A DNA stretch of 64,000 nt from an uncultured Rhizobiaceae bacterium. GTDB taxonomy: Bacteria > Pseudomonadota > Alphaproteobacteria > UBA828. Positions 1-8,578 of the stretch are shown piece by piece (positions within the stretch are counted from its first letter, which is position 1; every line of letters starts with the position of its first letter). The translations under genes were made by a program, and so were the position numbers. Under the pieces are notes generated by a model. It searched no databases. It was not told the origin of the DNA and worked only from the letters and a program-made list of their open reading frames with translations. Location of the stretch: contig CAYSDJ010000003.1 of NCBI GenBank assembly GCA_964429775.1, forward strand, positions 75,129-139,128. Direction: 5' to 3'.

Positions 1-478
1 CCTTGGTGAAGCCGTGGATACCCGATTTGGCGGCGGCATAATTGACCTGGCCATATTGCCCGGCCTGGCCGTTGATCGAGCCGACATTGACGATTCTGCC
101 GAAGCCGCCGGCGCGCATGGCGTCGATGACACAGCGGCACATGTTGAAGCACGAGCCGAGATTGGTATCGAGAACGGCCTGCCATTGATCCGGCGCCATG
201 CGCTGCAGGGTCGCGTCGCGCGTGATGCCGGCATTGTTGACCAATATTTCGACCGGCCCCAAATCCTCCGTCACACGTTCGATTCCTTCCCGACATTGTT
301 CGAAATCGCCGACATCCCATTTGTAGACGGCAACACCCGTCTCCTGGTGAAAGCGCTCGGCTGCCGCATCGTCATTGGCATAATTTGCCGCCACCTTGTA
401 GCCCGCGTCGTGCAACGATTTCGCAATGGCGCCGCCGATACCCCGCGTGCCGCCACTAACCAGTGCCACTCTTGCCAT
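1..478 (-). CDS. phaB: Acetoacetyl-CoA reductase (PhaB), C-terminally truncated by the window edge
   Basis: The reverse complement from 478 reads MARVALVSGGTRGIGGAIAKSLH..., the classic SDR/PhaB N-terminus with a TGxxxGIG motif. The ORF runs off the window start and is not in the ORF track. The plus ORF 14..559 is antisense to it. Confidence 0.8.
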   Translation of the reverse strand, partial: MARVALVSGGTRGIGGAIAKSLHDAGYKVAANYANDDAAAERFHQETGVAVYKWDVGDFEQCREGIERVTEDLGPVEILVNNAGITRDATLQRMAPDQWQAVLDTNLGSCFNMCRCVIDAMRAGGFGRIVNVGSINGQAGQYGQVNYAAAKSGIHGFTK

Positions 479-524
479 TATTCTCGTCCTTTTTCATTTT
501 CGCCGACAGATATGGCGCGCCGTC

Positions 525-1550
525 TCAACGAATGCAAGCCATCCCCTCCTCTGACGTGATCCAATTGGCGAGCTTGCGCCACAGAGTGCGTTTGGCGCGC
601 GGGCTGGCGATCATGCCGATATGGCCAAGCGCCGGGCGCCAGGTCTCGGCGTTGGGGATCAGGGCGCTTAGCGGTTCGGCCGATTCGGGCGGTACAATGC
701 GGTCGCGCGCCGGCACAATATTCAGTACCGGCTGGGGCAGGCGCTGAGGATGAATGGTCTGGCCGGCGATTTGCCAGCGCCCGTGCGCCGGCCTGTTTTC
801 CTCATACCAGCCAAACAGGCAGTCGCGCGCCACGCCGGCGGAAAGATCGACGCCGTCATTGAGCCAATCCTCAAGGGCGACAAAATTGCGTGCCGCCGCG
901 CTGTTCGTCGCGAGCCCGTTAAAACGGCTGAATTTGCGCGCCGCCAGCAGCGGATCGAGGGCGGCGAACAGCGCCTGGATGGCATCGACCGGCAGGACGC
1001 CGAGCGTCGTTATCATCGTTTCGAATGCCGGCTTGCAGACGGCGATGATGTCGCGCTGCCGGCCGGTATGAAAATCCCACGGTGTCGCCATCAAGATCAG
1101 CGACGAGATATCCGCCGGCCGCGCCAGGGCGAGCGGCATGGCCAACAGGCCGCCCATGCAATAGCCGGCCAGACCGATCGGCTGGCCGGCCGAGACAAGC
1201 GCTGCGTCGAGTGCCTGGTTGAGGCGCCCGGCAATATAATCATCGAGGCTGAAGCCTCGTTCCGCGCCAACCGGTGCGCCCCAATCGAGCAGCAGCGGAC
1301 GCACGCCTGAATCGGCCAGATAGCGCATCAGGCTGCGCTGGCGCGAAAGGTCGAGAATATAGCCGCGGTTGATCAGCGACGGCACGAACAGCACCGTCTT
1401 CACGTTCTGGCCGGTGAGGTCCGGACCATAATCGAGCAACGTGCTTGAGCCGTCCCGCCACAGGGTGGCTGGCGCGCTGAACGCGGCGCTGTAGCGGCGG
1501 CGATAGGGATGATGCTGATAGTCTTCGATGCCGCCGACAAAATCGGCCAT
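525..1550 (-). CDS. phaC: Poly(3-hydroxyalkanoate) synthase, class III/IV-type catalytic subunit PhaC
   Basis: Lipase box AGYCMGG and motifs LINRGYILDL, LLLDWGAP, FSLDDYI and MATPWDFH align with class III PhaC. The start is set at ATG 1550, the first ATG after the upstream ORF's stop. The track ORF extends to 1808 but overlaps the upstream gene. Confidence 0.8.
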   Translation of the reverse strand: MADFVGGIEDYQHHPYRRRYSAAFSAPATLWRDGSSTLLDYGPDLTGQNVKTVLFVPSLINRGYILDLSRQRSLMRYLADSGVRPLLLDWGAPVGAERGFSLDDYIAGRLNQALDAALVSAGQPIGLAGYCMGGLLAMPLALARPADISSLILMATPWDFHTGRQRDIIAVCKPAFETMITTLGVLPVDAIQALFAALDPLLAARKFSRFNGLATNSAAARNFVALEDWLNDGVDLSAGVARDCLFGWYEENRPAHGRWQIAGQTIHPQRLPQPVLNIVPARDRIVPPESAEPLSALIPNAETWRPALGHIGMIASPRAKRTLWRKLANWITSEEGMACIR

Positions 1551-1590
1551 GCGGCGGCGGATTTCGCCGCCGAGCGCGGCGCTGAGCGCC

Positions 1591-2016
1591 TCAGGACTTT
1601 GTTTTTCGAGGGCGCTTGCGAGTGCTTCCGCTTCCGCCTTTAGTTCCTTTTTCCAGGGCAGCGAGCCGTTCTTCGCAAGCGGCAAGGCGGCGAGTGAGCT
1701 CGTCCAGTTCGTCGCCGCGCTGGCGAGATGGAGGGCCAGCGGCCGCGGCCCCGCGCGCGGCATCTGATTCGGCTGATTTGCCTCTTTTTGTGCTGTCTTG
1801 ATCGTCATCCGAGTTACCGTTTTGCTCTTGCCCGCTGCCGGCTTGCGCGCCCGGCGCCATAAACCCGCTAAACGCCGTCATCATTTCGCGCAGTGCCGGG
1901 TCATCGGCCATGATTTCAAGCTGGCGTTGCCATAAATCGACGAAGCGCGAGGCCAGCGCCTGTATCTCGTCTTCTTTTCCGCTTGCCGCGCCGTCGCCGC
2001 CGTTCTGCTCATTCAT
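1591..2016 (-). CDS. Hypothetical protein, possibly a PhaE-like partner subunit of class III PHA synthase
   Basis: The ORF lies immediately upstream of phaC on the same strand, which is the phaE-phaC order. Its C-terminus is coiled-coil and charged/Gly-rich (ELDELTRRLAACEERLAALEKG). The start is set at ATG 2016 because the longer ORF to 2214 would overlap the phaR start head-to-head. Function is an inference only. Confidence 0.35.
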   Translation of the reverse strand: MNEQNGGDGAASGKEDEIQALASRFVDLWQRQLEIMADDPALREMMTAFSGFMAPGAQAGSGQEQNGNSDDDQDSTKRGKSAESDAARGAAAAGPPSRQRGDELDELTRRLAACEERLAALEKGTKGGSGSTRKRPRKTKS

Positions 2017-2149
2017 GGCCGCAATATAACCCAATCTGGTGCCGCGGTCGCCAATGACGCGCCGCAACATTGATTTGCGCAATGCAGCAATTGCTGCCAG
2101 ACTAATTTGATCCTCGATAATGGCCGAGTTGGCCCCGGCAGGCGAGTGC

Positions 2150-2794
2150 ATGACAGAAGAAAACTTTTCAGGTGGCACTGACAGCGAATCGGTGATCATC
2201 AAAAAATATGCCAATCGGCGCCTCTATAACACCGCGACCAGCAGTTACGTCACGCTCGATCATCTCAGCCAGATGGTCAAGGACGGCACCGAATTTATCG
2301 TGCGCGACGCCAAGACGGGCGAAGATATCACCCATCAGGTGCTGACACAGATTATCGTCGAGGAGGAGGCCAAGGGCCACAATCTGCTGCCCATCAGCTT
2401 CCTGCGCCAGCTTATCCGCCTCTATGACGATTCGATGCAGGCCTTTGTGCCGCGCTATCTCGAACTCACCATGGAAAATTTCAGCCACAATCAGGAGCGC
2501 ATGCGCTCGCGCGTCGATGAGGCGTTTGGCGGAATTTTTCCGGTGGCTGAGTTTGAGGAAATGGGCCGCCAGAACATGGCCGCCTTTCAAAAGGCGCTCA
2601 ATTTATTCTCACCGCTGGGCGCCGGTAATCAGCGAAGCGGCGAAACCGCCGCGTCGCAACCTGAAGCCAAACCTGGCGAGGCGGCTGATGAAGGCCAAGA
2701 AGAGGGGGATGAAATCTCCCTGTTGAAGGGCCAGCTCGACGATATGCAGGCGCAGCTCGATAAGCTCGCACGCCGGTCGGGCGGCGCGAAGTAG
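2150..2794 (+). CDS. phaR: PHA synthesis repressor PhaR
   Basis: The VIIKKYANRRLYNT...YVTLDHLSQMVKDG...DAKTGEDITHQVLTQII block is the PHB_acc_N signature. An alternative start is ATG 2120. Confidence 0.9.
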   Translation: MTEENFSGGTDSESVIIKKYANRRLYNTATSSYVTLDHLSQMVKDGTEFIVRDAKTGEDITHQVLTQIIVEEEAKGHNLLPISFLRQLIRLYDDSMQAFVPRYLELTMENFSHNQERMRSRVDEAFGGIFPVAEFEEMGRQNMAAFQKALNLFSPLGAGNQRSGETAASQPEAKPGEAADEGQEEGDEISLLKGQLDDMQAQLDKLARRSGGAK

Positions 2795-2820
2795 GGCAAA
2801 AAGCCCCTCAGCAATTTAGT

Positions 2821-2890
2821 TTCAGTGACGGGTCGTCGCATTTTATTCAGTGACGGGTCGTCGCACTTTATTCAGTGACGGGTCGTCACC
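2821..2890. repeat. Three tandem copies (two full, one partial) of a 25-bp unit TTCAGTGACGGGTCGTCGCAYTTTA
   Basis: Copies lie at 2821-2845, 2846-2870 and 2871-2890 (diverged). Each contains the GTGACG-GGT-CGTC(G)CAC inverted repeat followed by TTTA. Copy 3 supplies the last six codons and the stop of the downstream minus-strand gene. Confidence 0.85.
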
Positions 2891-4656
2891 AGGCTGATGA
2901 CTTTTCCGCCTGCCGGTAAGGTCGGTTGATTGCGCTTCTGCACGCCGAACTGTTCCGCGGTGGCGTCTTTCGGAACGACCTGAAGGGCCGGTGCCTTGGG
3001 GTTCCACGGCCGGTTCGCGGTCGGTGCGCCATAATGATAACCCTGCATGTAAGAGACGCCGTAGCGCAGCAGGAGCTCAGCGACGCGTTTCGTTTCGACG
3101 CACTCGGCGACGGTTTCCAGGCCGAGGCCGTCGGCAAAGGATTGCAGGGTCTCGATAAACAATTGCGAGTTGGCGTTTTCTTCCACCGTTTTGACGAACG
3201 ATCCGTCGATTTTAACGACATCGACGGCGAGCTCCTGTAAATGGCGGAACGAGGTGTAGCCGGCGCCGAAATCGTCGAGCGCCACGCGGCAGCCCATTTC
3301 CTTCAAAGCGGCGATAAAACGTGTCGTTTCCTTCATGTCATGCAGCGCCGTGGTCTCGGTAATCTCAATCAACAGGCGCTCGGCGAAATTCTCGCGCTCC
3401 TTGATGTGGGCGGTGAGGGCCCTGAGCCAGGAGGGGTCGGTGGTAGACAAGCTGGAGATGTTTACGGCGAGGCAAACATCGGGGCTTGAGTCCAATTCTT
3501 CGATCGCGGCGTCGAGGACGAAACGGTCAATCGAGCGAATCAGGCCCATTTTCTCGGCGATTGGGAGGAATTCTCCGGCCGGGAGCAAGGTTCCCGCCTC
3601 ATCGAACATGCGCAGCAGGCACTCATGATATTTCGGCTTCTGGTCTTCCGCGCTGACAATCGGTTGGAAATAAAGCTGGAAGCTCTTGTTTCTGAGCGCG
3701 GTCTGCACCAGGCCGGCGGCGGCGAGATTGTCGCGCAAATCCGACATTTGCTGTTCGGAAAGGTTATAGAGGTTGAAGCTGCTGGCGCCGGAGCGGCGCG
3801 CCTTTTCAAGCGCGATATCGGCTTTGGCCATGGCGTCATAAGAGGTGCGCACGGCGTCCGGAAAAGAAACCGCGCCGACCGAGGCGGTAATCGGAATATG
3901 GCCCTTATCGGTCATCACCGTCGATTGCTGCACGGCGAGCAGAAGTTTTTCGCCGGCGGAGGAGACGTCCTGGGTCGCACATCCGCTGAGGACGATGCCG
4001 AATTGATCATGCGCAATGCGGCCGACCACGTCGCTGGCGCGCAGCGAACGGTCGAGTTCGCGGCTTACCGCGACGAGGGATTGCTCGGCAATATCGCGGC
4101 CATAGGTGTCATGGATGAGGGGCAAATTATCGATGCCGAGCTGGAGAAAGGCGCCGGTCGAATCGTAACGGAGCGCGTATTCAATCGCGTGTTCGAGCGA
4201 TTCGCGCAACCGCCCGCGATTATATTGTCCCGTTAAATCGTCGAAATTGACCTGCCGCGCGGCGCGCATGTCGCTCGGGCGCGATTGGTCGAGGCAACGA
4301 AGGGTGCCCAAAATGCGTATCGGCTCACCATCCGGCGAGCAAATGAAGCGGCCGCGGTCCTCGACCCAAATAACGGATCGGTCACCACGGCGAAGTTCAT
4401 AGCTGCAGGTAAAACGCGCACCGGTCTGGGCGCGCTCGGTATGGGTGCGGCGCAACTCGCCAATGCAGGCGCGGCTGACACGTGACAGATATTGTTCGGC
4501 CTGGCCGATTTCGGCAACATCGCGAATACCTAAAACATCACAGGCATTGGCCAGCCATTGGATTGCGCCAGAACGCAAATCCCAATCGTAGACCGCGTCT
4601 CCGGACGCATCTATAGCGTCGCCTATCGTGTCAGAATATGTGCGCTCGGTTTCCAT
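2872..4656 (-). CDS. PAS sensor protein with degenerate GGDEF (HDQFG) and intact EAL phosphodiesterase domain
   Basis: HDQFGIVL replaces GGDEF. EAL-type motifs ECLLR, EITETT, DDFGAGYTSF, KIDGSF, ECVE and QGY are present. Confidence 0.85.
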   Translation of the reverse strand: METERTYSDTIGDAIDASGDAVYDWDLRSGAIQWLANACDVLGIRDVAEIGQAEQYLSRVSRACIGELRRTHTERAQTGARFTCSYELRRGDRSVIWVEDRGRFICSPDGEPIRILGTLRCLDQSRPSDMRAARQVNFDDLTGQYNRGRLRESLEHAIEYALRYDSTGAFLQLGIDNLPLIHDTYGRDIAEQSLVAVSRELDRSLRASDVVGRIAHDQFGIVLSGCATQDVSSAGEKLLLAVQQSTVMTDKGHIPITASVGAVSFPDAVRTSYDAMAKADIALEKARRSGASSFNLYNLSEQQMSDLRDNLAAAGLVQTALRNKSFQLYFQPIVSAEDQKPKYHECLLRMFDEAGTLLPAGEFLPIAEKMGLIRSIDRFVLDAAIEELDSSPDVCLAVNISSLSTTDPSWLRALTAHIKERENFAERLLIEITETTALHDMKETTRFIAALKEMGCRVALDDFGAGYTSFRHLQELAVDVVKIDGSFVKTVEENANSQLFIETLQSFADGLGLETVAECVETKRVAELLLRYGVSYMQGYHYGAPTANRPWNPKAPALQVVPKDATAEQFGVQKRNQPTLPAGGKVISLVTTRH

Positions 4657-4968
4657 GCCCTACCTGAGCAACCGTCATTTGTTCGACCCCGCGCTACGCC
4701 GGAAAACATATTTCATACCAGCGCGTGGGGTGATACTAGGCCAGATTCTCTTAACAAAGGTTGAATCTGACAATTTAATAAATACAAAGTTATAGTTAGC
4801 TAAAGGTAAATTGTTTAATAGTTACACCGGAGAACTACTAAGTTCCTGCGGAGTCTTGGTGATTGGAAATACATTAAATTTATTATATTTTTTCTTTAAA
4901 CTTTTTTAATTTATTGTATATATTACAGCATGAGAATCGCAGCGATATGTATTCGGTTATAGATTGAA

Positions 4969-5421
4969 ATGACGCCACTTAGCGCGCCAGCCGCACAATT
5001 TCGTCATTCAGCTCCGGCCAACGGGACGGCGCTTGCCGTATATGTGGAATCCACGCCGCAATCCGTGCGCCGCGCACAACCGGTCGAAAAAGTTCATGCG
5101 CCGGCTTTCCGTGCGCCACGCCAACAAACGCATCAGGGTGTCGCCCACCAGGCTTCGCAAGCGCTTAAGCTGCTGCCCGAAAGCGACGACAGACGCGCGC
5201 TCAGAAAATCAAGCGATCGCCTTTCGCCGGTCGCGAAATTTGGCGATTCAGCGCCGACCATGGCCCAACTCATCGCCCATCAAGGCGGCCATTTGCGCGC
5301 CTACATGCCGAATGAAATGAGCGGCTTTTCACGCGATCTGCCGACCGAGGCCTATCAGGCAACGCTCGACCGTTCGCGCTTCTTCATGATGGATCATCCG
5401 CCGCTTCACGTCGCGGCTTAG
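4969..5421 (+). CDS. Hypothetical protein
   Basis: A 150-aa ORF with no recognisable motifs. Two GC hairpins follow its stop. It could be non-coding. Confidence 0.3.
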   Translation: MTPLSAPAAQFRHSAPANGTALAVYVESTPQSVRRAQPVEKVHAPAFRAPRQQTHQGVAHQASQALKLLPESDDRRALRKSSDRLSPVAKFGDSAPTMAQLIAHQGGHLRAYMPNEMSGFSRDLPTEAYQATLDRSRFFMMDHPPLHVAA

Positions 5422-5430
5422 GACCAACCG

Positions 5431-5490
5431 GCCGCTTTAGCGGCCCGTTCTATCTGCCCTCAAACGCCGGGCGGCCGCATCCGCGGCTTT
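5431..5490 (+). terminator. Two tandem GC hairpins: CCGGCCGC-TTTA-GCGGCCCG and GCCGC-ATCC-GCGGC followed by TTTGGCTT
   Basis: Inverted repeats read directly, immediately 3' of ORF 4969..5421. The second hairpin has a weak U-tract. Confidence 0.3.
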
Positions 5491-5630
5491 GGCTTGGGCA
5501 CGCTTACCAAATGGCGATAAGCGATGCTCCTCTCTTTCTTGAACAAGCAAACAACTTTCAGGTTTCTTCGACCCCGGCGCTCGGGCATATTGCGCCCCAT
5601 CAGCATTTTGAAGGATGGGGTGACTAAACT

Positions 5631-7154
5631 ATGAACGATGCCATAACTCTGGCCGAACTGATAGCGCGCGGCGACAAGGATGCGCCGGCGATCCGCGCAC
5701 CCGAACGGGATGCGTTGAGCTATGCCGGCCTGCAGGCGCTGAGCTCGCAAACTGTTGGCGCCCTCAATGGCGCCGGGATCGGGCGCGGCGACCGGGTCGC
5801 GATCGTGTTGCCCAACAGTCCTGAGATGGCGGCTGCGTTTGTCTCGGTCGCCGCCGGCGCCACCGCCGCCCCCCTGAACCCGGCCTACAAGGCTGAGGAA
5901 TTTGAATTTTATTTGTCCGATCTCGCCGCCAAGGCGGTGATCGTATTGGCGGGTGACGATTCGCCGGTCATTGCAGCGGCCGGCAAACTGAATATTCCGC
6001 TCATTCCACTCACGCCCGATGCGCAAGGACCGGCCGGTGCCTTCACGCTCTCTCCACCCGCCGGACCGGCGGCCGCCGCCGCCGGTTTTGCCGGGGCCGA
6101 TGATATTGCGCTTATTCTGCATACCTCCGGCACCACATCGCGGCCCAAGATCGTTCCGCTCAGCCAAACAAATGTGTGCGCCTCGGCACGCAATATCTCG
6201 GCCTGGCTGGAGCTGACGCCGGAAGACAGCTGCCTCAATGTGATGCCGCTCTTTCATATTCACGGCCTGATCGCCGCCGTTCTTTCCTCGCTTTATGCCG
6301 GCGCCAATGTGGCCTGCTCGCCCGGCTTCAATGCGCTCAAATTTTTCGCCTGGCTCGATGAAATCAAGCCAAGTTGGTACACGGCGGTGCCGACCATGCA
6401 TCAGGCAATTCTGGCCCGCGCCGGGCGCAATGAGGAAATTGTCGCGCGTAACCCGTTGCGCTTGATTCGCTCCTCCTCTTCGTCCCTGCCGGCGCCGGTG
6501 ATGACGGAGTTGGAAGAGGTGTTTTCCGCACCCGTGATCGAAGCCTATGGCATGACCGAAGCGGCGCATCAAATGGCGTGCAATCCGCTGCCGCCGCGTG
6601 AGCGCCGGCCGGGCTGTGTCGGCATTGCCGCCGGGCCCGAGGTCGCGATCATGAATCCCGCCGGCGAATTGCTGAGCCCCGGCGCGACCGGTGAGATCGT
6701 CATTCGCGGCGATAACGTCACGGCCGGTTATGAGAATAACGAGAAGGCCAATGCGGAGAATTTCACCAATGGCTGGTTCCGTACCGGCGACCAGGGCGTG
6801 ATGGACGGCGAGGGTTATGTTACGCTGACCGGCCGCCTCAAGGAGATCATCAACCGGGGTGGTGAAAAAATTTCGCCGCGCGAAGTCGATGATGTGCTGA
6901 TGACCCACCCTGCCGTGGCTCAAGCGGTTGTCTTCGCCATGCCGCACAACAAGCTCGGCGAGGATGTTGCCGCCGCCATCGTGTTGCGCGAGGGCAAGGA
7001 GGCGAGCGACAAGGATATCCGGGAATTTGCCGCCGAACGGCTCGCTGCCTTCAAGGTGCCGCGCAAGATCGTTTTGCTGGAGGAGATCCCGAAAGGTGCC
7101 ACCGGCAAGCTGCAGCGCATCGGATTGGCCGAAAAACTCGGCCTGGTCGGGTGA
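5631..7154 (+). CDS. AMP-dependent acyl-CoA synthetase/ligase (Pcs60/AAE3-like, possibly oxalate-CoA ligase)
   Basis: The AMP-binding motif LHTSGTTSRPK is present. The protein is about 507 aa and ends ...IPKGATGKLQR. Confidence 0.85.
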   Translation: MNDAITLAELIARGDKDAPAIRAPERDALSYAGLQALSSQTVGALNGAGIGRGDRVAIVLPNSPEMAAAFVSVAAGATAAPLNPAYKAEEFEFYLSDLAAKAVIVLAGDDSPVIAAAGKLNIPLIPLTPDAQGPAGAFTLSPPAGPAAAAAGFAGADDIALILHTSGTTSRPKIVPLSQTNVCASARNISAWLELTPEDSCLNVMPLFHIHGLIAAVLSSLYAGANVACSPGFNALKFFAWLDEIKPSWYTAVPTMHQAILARAGRNEEIVARNPLRLIRSSSSSLPAPVMTELEEVFSAPVIEAYGMTEAAHQMACNPLPPRERRPGCVGIAAGPEVAIMNPAGELLSPGATGEIVIRGDNVTAGYENNEKANAENFTNGWFRTGDQGVMDGEGYVTLTGRLKEIINRGGEKISPREVDDVLMTHPAVAQAVVFAMPHNKLGEDVAAAIVLREGKEASDKDIREFAAERLAAFKVPRKIVLLEEIPKGATGKLQRIGLAEKLGLVG

Positions 7155-8140
7155 AGCTCTGCATCTTCGGAGCCGGAGCAATCGGCGCCTATCTCGGCGT
7201 CGAACTTAAGCGCGGCGGCGTTGACGTCACCCTGATCGCGCGCGGGCCGCATCTTCAGGCGATGAAGAAATACGGCGTGACGCTGCGGATCGGCGATGAG
7301 GAGCATACCGAGCATCCCCACTGCAGCGACGATCCGGCGGAAGTCGGGCCGCAGGACTATGTCCTGGTTACGTTGAAGGCGCATTCCGTGCCTGGGGTGT
7401 GTGCCGCGATGCAGCCCTTGCTCGGGCCTGAGAGCGCGGTGGTGACCGCCGTCAACGGCATACCCTGGTGGTATTTCCATAAGCTCGACGGCCCGTGGCA
7501 GGACCATCGCCTCAAGATGGTGGATCCGGACGATGTGCAGTGGCAGCGCCTCGGGCCGGAGCGCGCCATCGGCTGCGTGGTTTATCCGGCAGCCGAAATC
7601 GTGGCGCCGGGCATTGTCGAGGTGCAACCCCATCTCAGCCAAAACCGGCTGCCCATTGGCGAGCCCGACGGCAGCCGATCGGAGCGCGCCAAGGCGTTAT
7701 CCCAGGCGCTGATCTCGGCCGGCTTCAAGGCGCCGGTACGCACCGACATCCGCTCCGATATCTGGGTCAAGCTGTGGGGCAACCTCGCTTTTAATCCGAT
7801 CAGTGCGCTTACTGGTGCAACGCTCGAGGATATCGCCAAGGATACGGAGACGCGCGCCCTGGCGCGGGCGATGATGGTTGAGGGCCAGGCGGTCGCCGAA
7901 AAGCTCGGCGCGCGCTTCGCCATCGATGTCGACAAGCGCATCAACGGCGCCGAGCAGGTCGGCGCGCACCGCACCTCGATGTTGCAGGATCTCAGTCTCG
8001 GCCGGCCGATGGAGATCGATGCGCTGGTCGGCGCCGTGGCCGAGCTCGGCCGCCTGGTCGGCATCGCCACACCGACGATTGACGCGGTTTATGCCCTGGT
8101 GCGCCGCCGCGCCATCGAAGCGGGCTGCTACCCAGGTTAA
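7151..8140 (+). CDS. panE: 2-dehydropantoate 2-reductase (ketopantoate reductase)
   Basis: The N-terminal Rossmann motif MKLCIFGAGAIGAYLG marks the ApbA/PanE family. The GTG start overlaps the upstream stop as GTGA. Confidence 0.8.
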   Translation: MKLCIFGAGAIGAYLGVELKRGGVDVTLIARGPHLQAMKKYGVTLRIGDEEHTEHPHCSDDPAEVGPQDYVLVTLKAHSVPGVCAAMQPLLGPESAVVTAVNGIPWWYFHKLDGPWQDHRLKMVDPDDVQWQRLGPERAIGCVVYPAAEIVAPGIVEVQPHLSQNRLPIGEPDGSRSERAKALSQALISAGFKAPVRTDIRSDIWVKLWGNLAFNPISALTGATLEDIAKDTETRALARAMMVEGQAVAEKLGARFAIDVDKRINGAEQVGAHRTSMLQDLSLGRPMEIDALVGAVAELGRLVGIATPTIDAVYALVRRRAIEAGCYPG

Positions 8141-8141
8141 C

Positions 8142-8528
8142 CTATTTGGCGGCGATGGCCTCTATCTCGACCAGCCACTGAGGCATCACCAGGGCGGGAA
8201 CGATGATCGCGGTCGAGGCGGGTCGGGTATCGCCGAGCACTTTCTTGCGCGCCGCGGCATAGGCCGAAAAATTTTCCGCGCCGACAACATAGCCGTTGAT
8301 TTTGACGATATCGTCGATGCCCATGCCGCCTTCTTCCAACAGCGCCAAAATGTTGGCCCAGGTTTGTGCCACCTGGTCTTCGAACGAGTCCGACGTGCTG
8401 CCGTCCGGCGCGGCGCCGACCTGGCCGGCGGTAAACAGCCAGCGTTTGTTGGGATCGACTTCGAGCGCCTGGCTGTAACCCTTGCCGAACGCTTCGACGA
8501 CGGTGTCCGGATTGTGACGTCTATGCAT
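8142..8528 (-). CDS. ridA: RidA/YjgF family reactive-intermediate deaminase
   Basis: A 128-aa protein with a YjgF-like fold signature (GQVG...PALVMP...VEIEAIA). Confidence 0.8.
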   Translation of the reverse strand: MHRRHNPDTVVEAFGKGYSQALEVDPNKRWLFTAGQVGAAPDGSTSDSFEDQVAQTWANILALLEEGGMGIDDIVKINGYVVGAENFSAYAAARKKVLGDTRPASTAIIVPALVMPQWLVEIEAIAAK

Positions 8529-8578
8529 GCTGTCCTCCCTGTTGATGCTGTCGCGAGGACGATGCTAGCAGAGCCCTC

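Noticed and set aside
14-559. 181-aa plus-strand ORF at the window start
   Set aside because: It is antisense to the partial phaB gene (1..478, minus), whose translation gives a clean SDR N-terminus. The plus ORF has no motifs.
1591-2214. Full-length 207-aa version of the phaE-like ORF
   Set aside because: The 5' 200 nt would overlap the phaR start head-to-head and leave no promoter space. The internal ATG 2016 was preferred.
2821-2890. Possible CRISPR array
   Set aside because: Only three direct copies with 25-bp period and no unique spacers. It is a simple tandem duplication.
4741-4980. tRNA or IS remnant in the AT-rich island
   Set aside because: No cloverleaf-compatible segment, no terminal inverted repeats, and no transposase-like ORF.
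5460-7181. 573-aa minus-strand ORF
   Set aside because: It is antisense to the well-supported acyl-CoA ligase. It has Gly/Arg-rich low-complexity composition typical of reverse-frame GC-rich artefacts.
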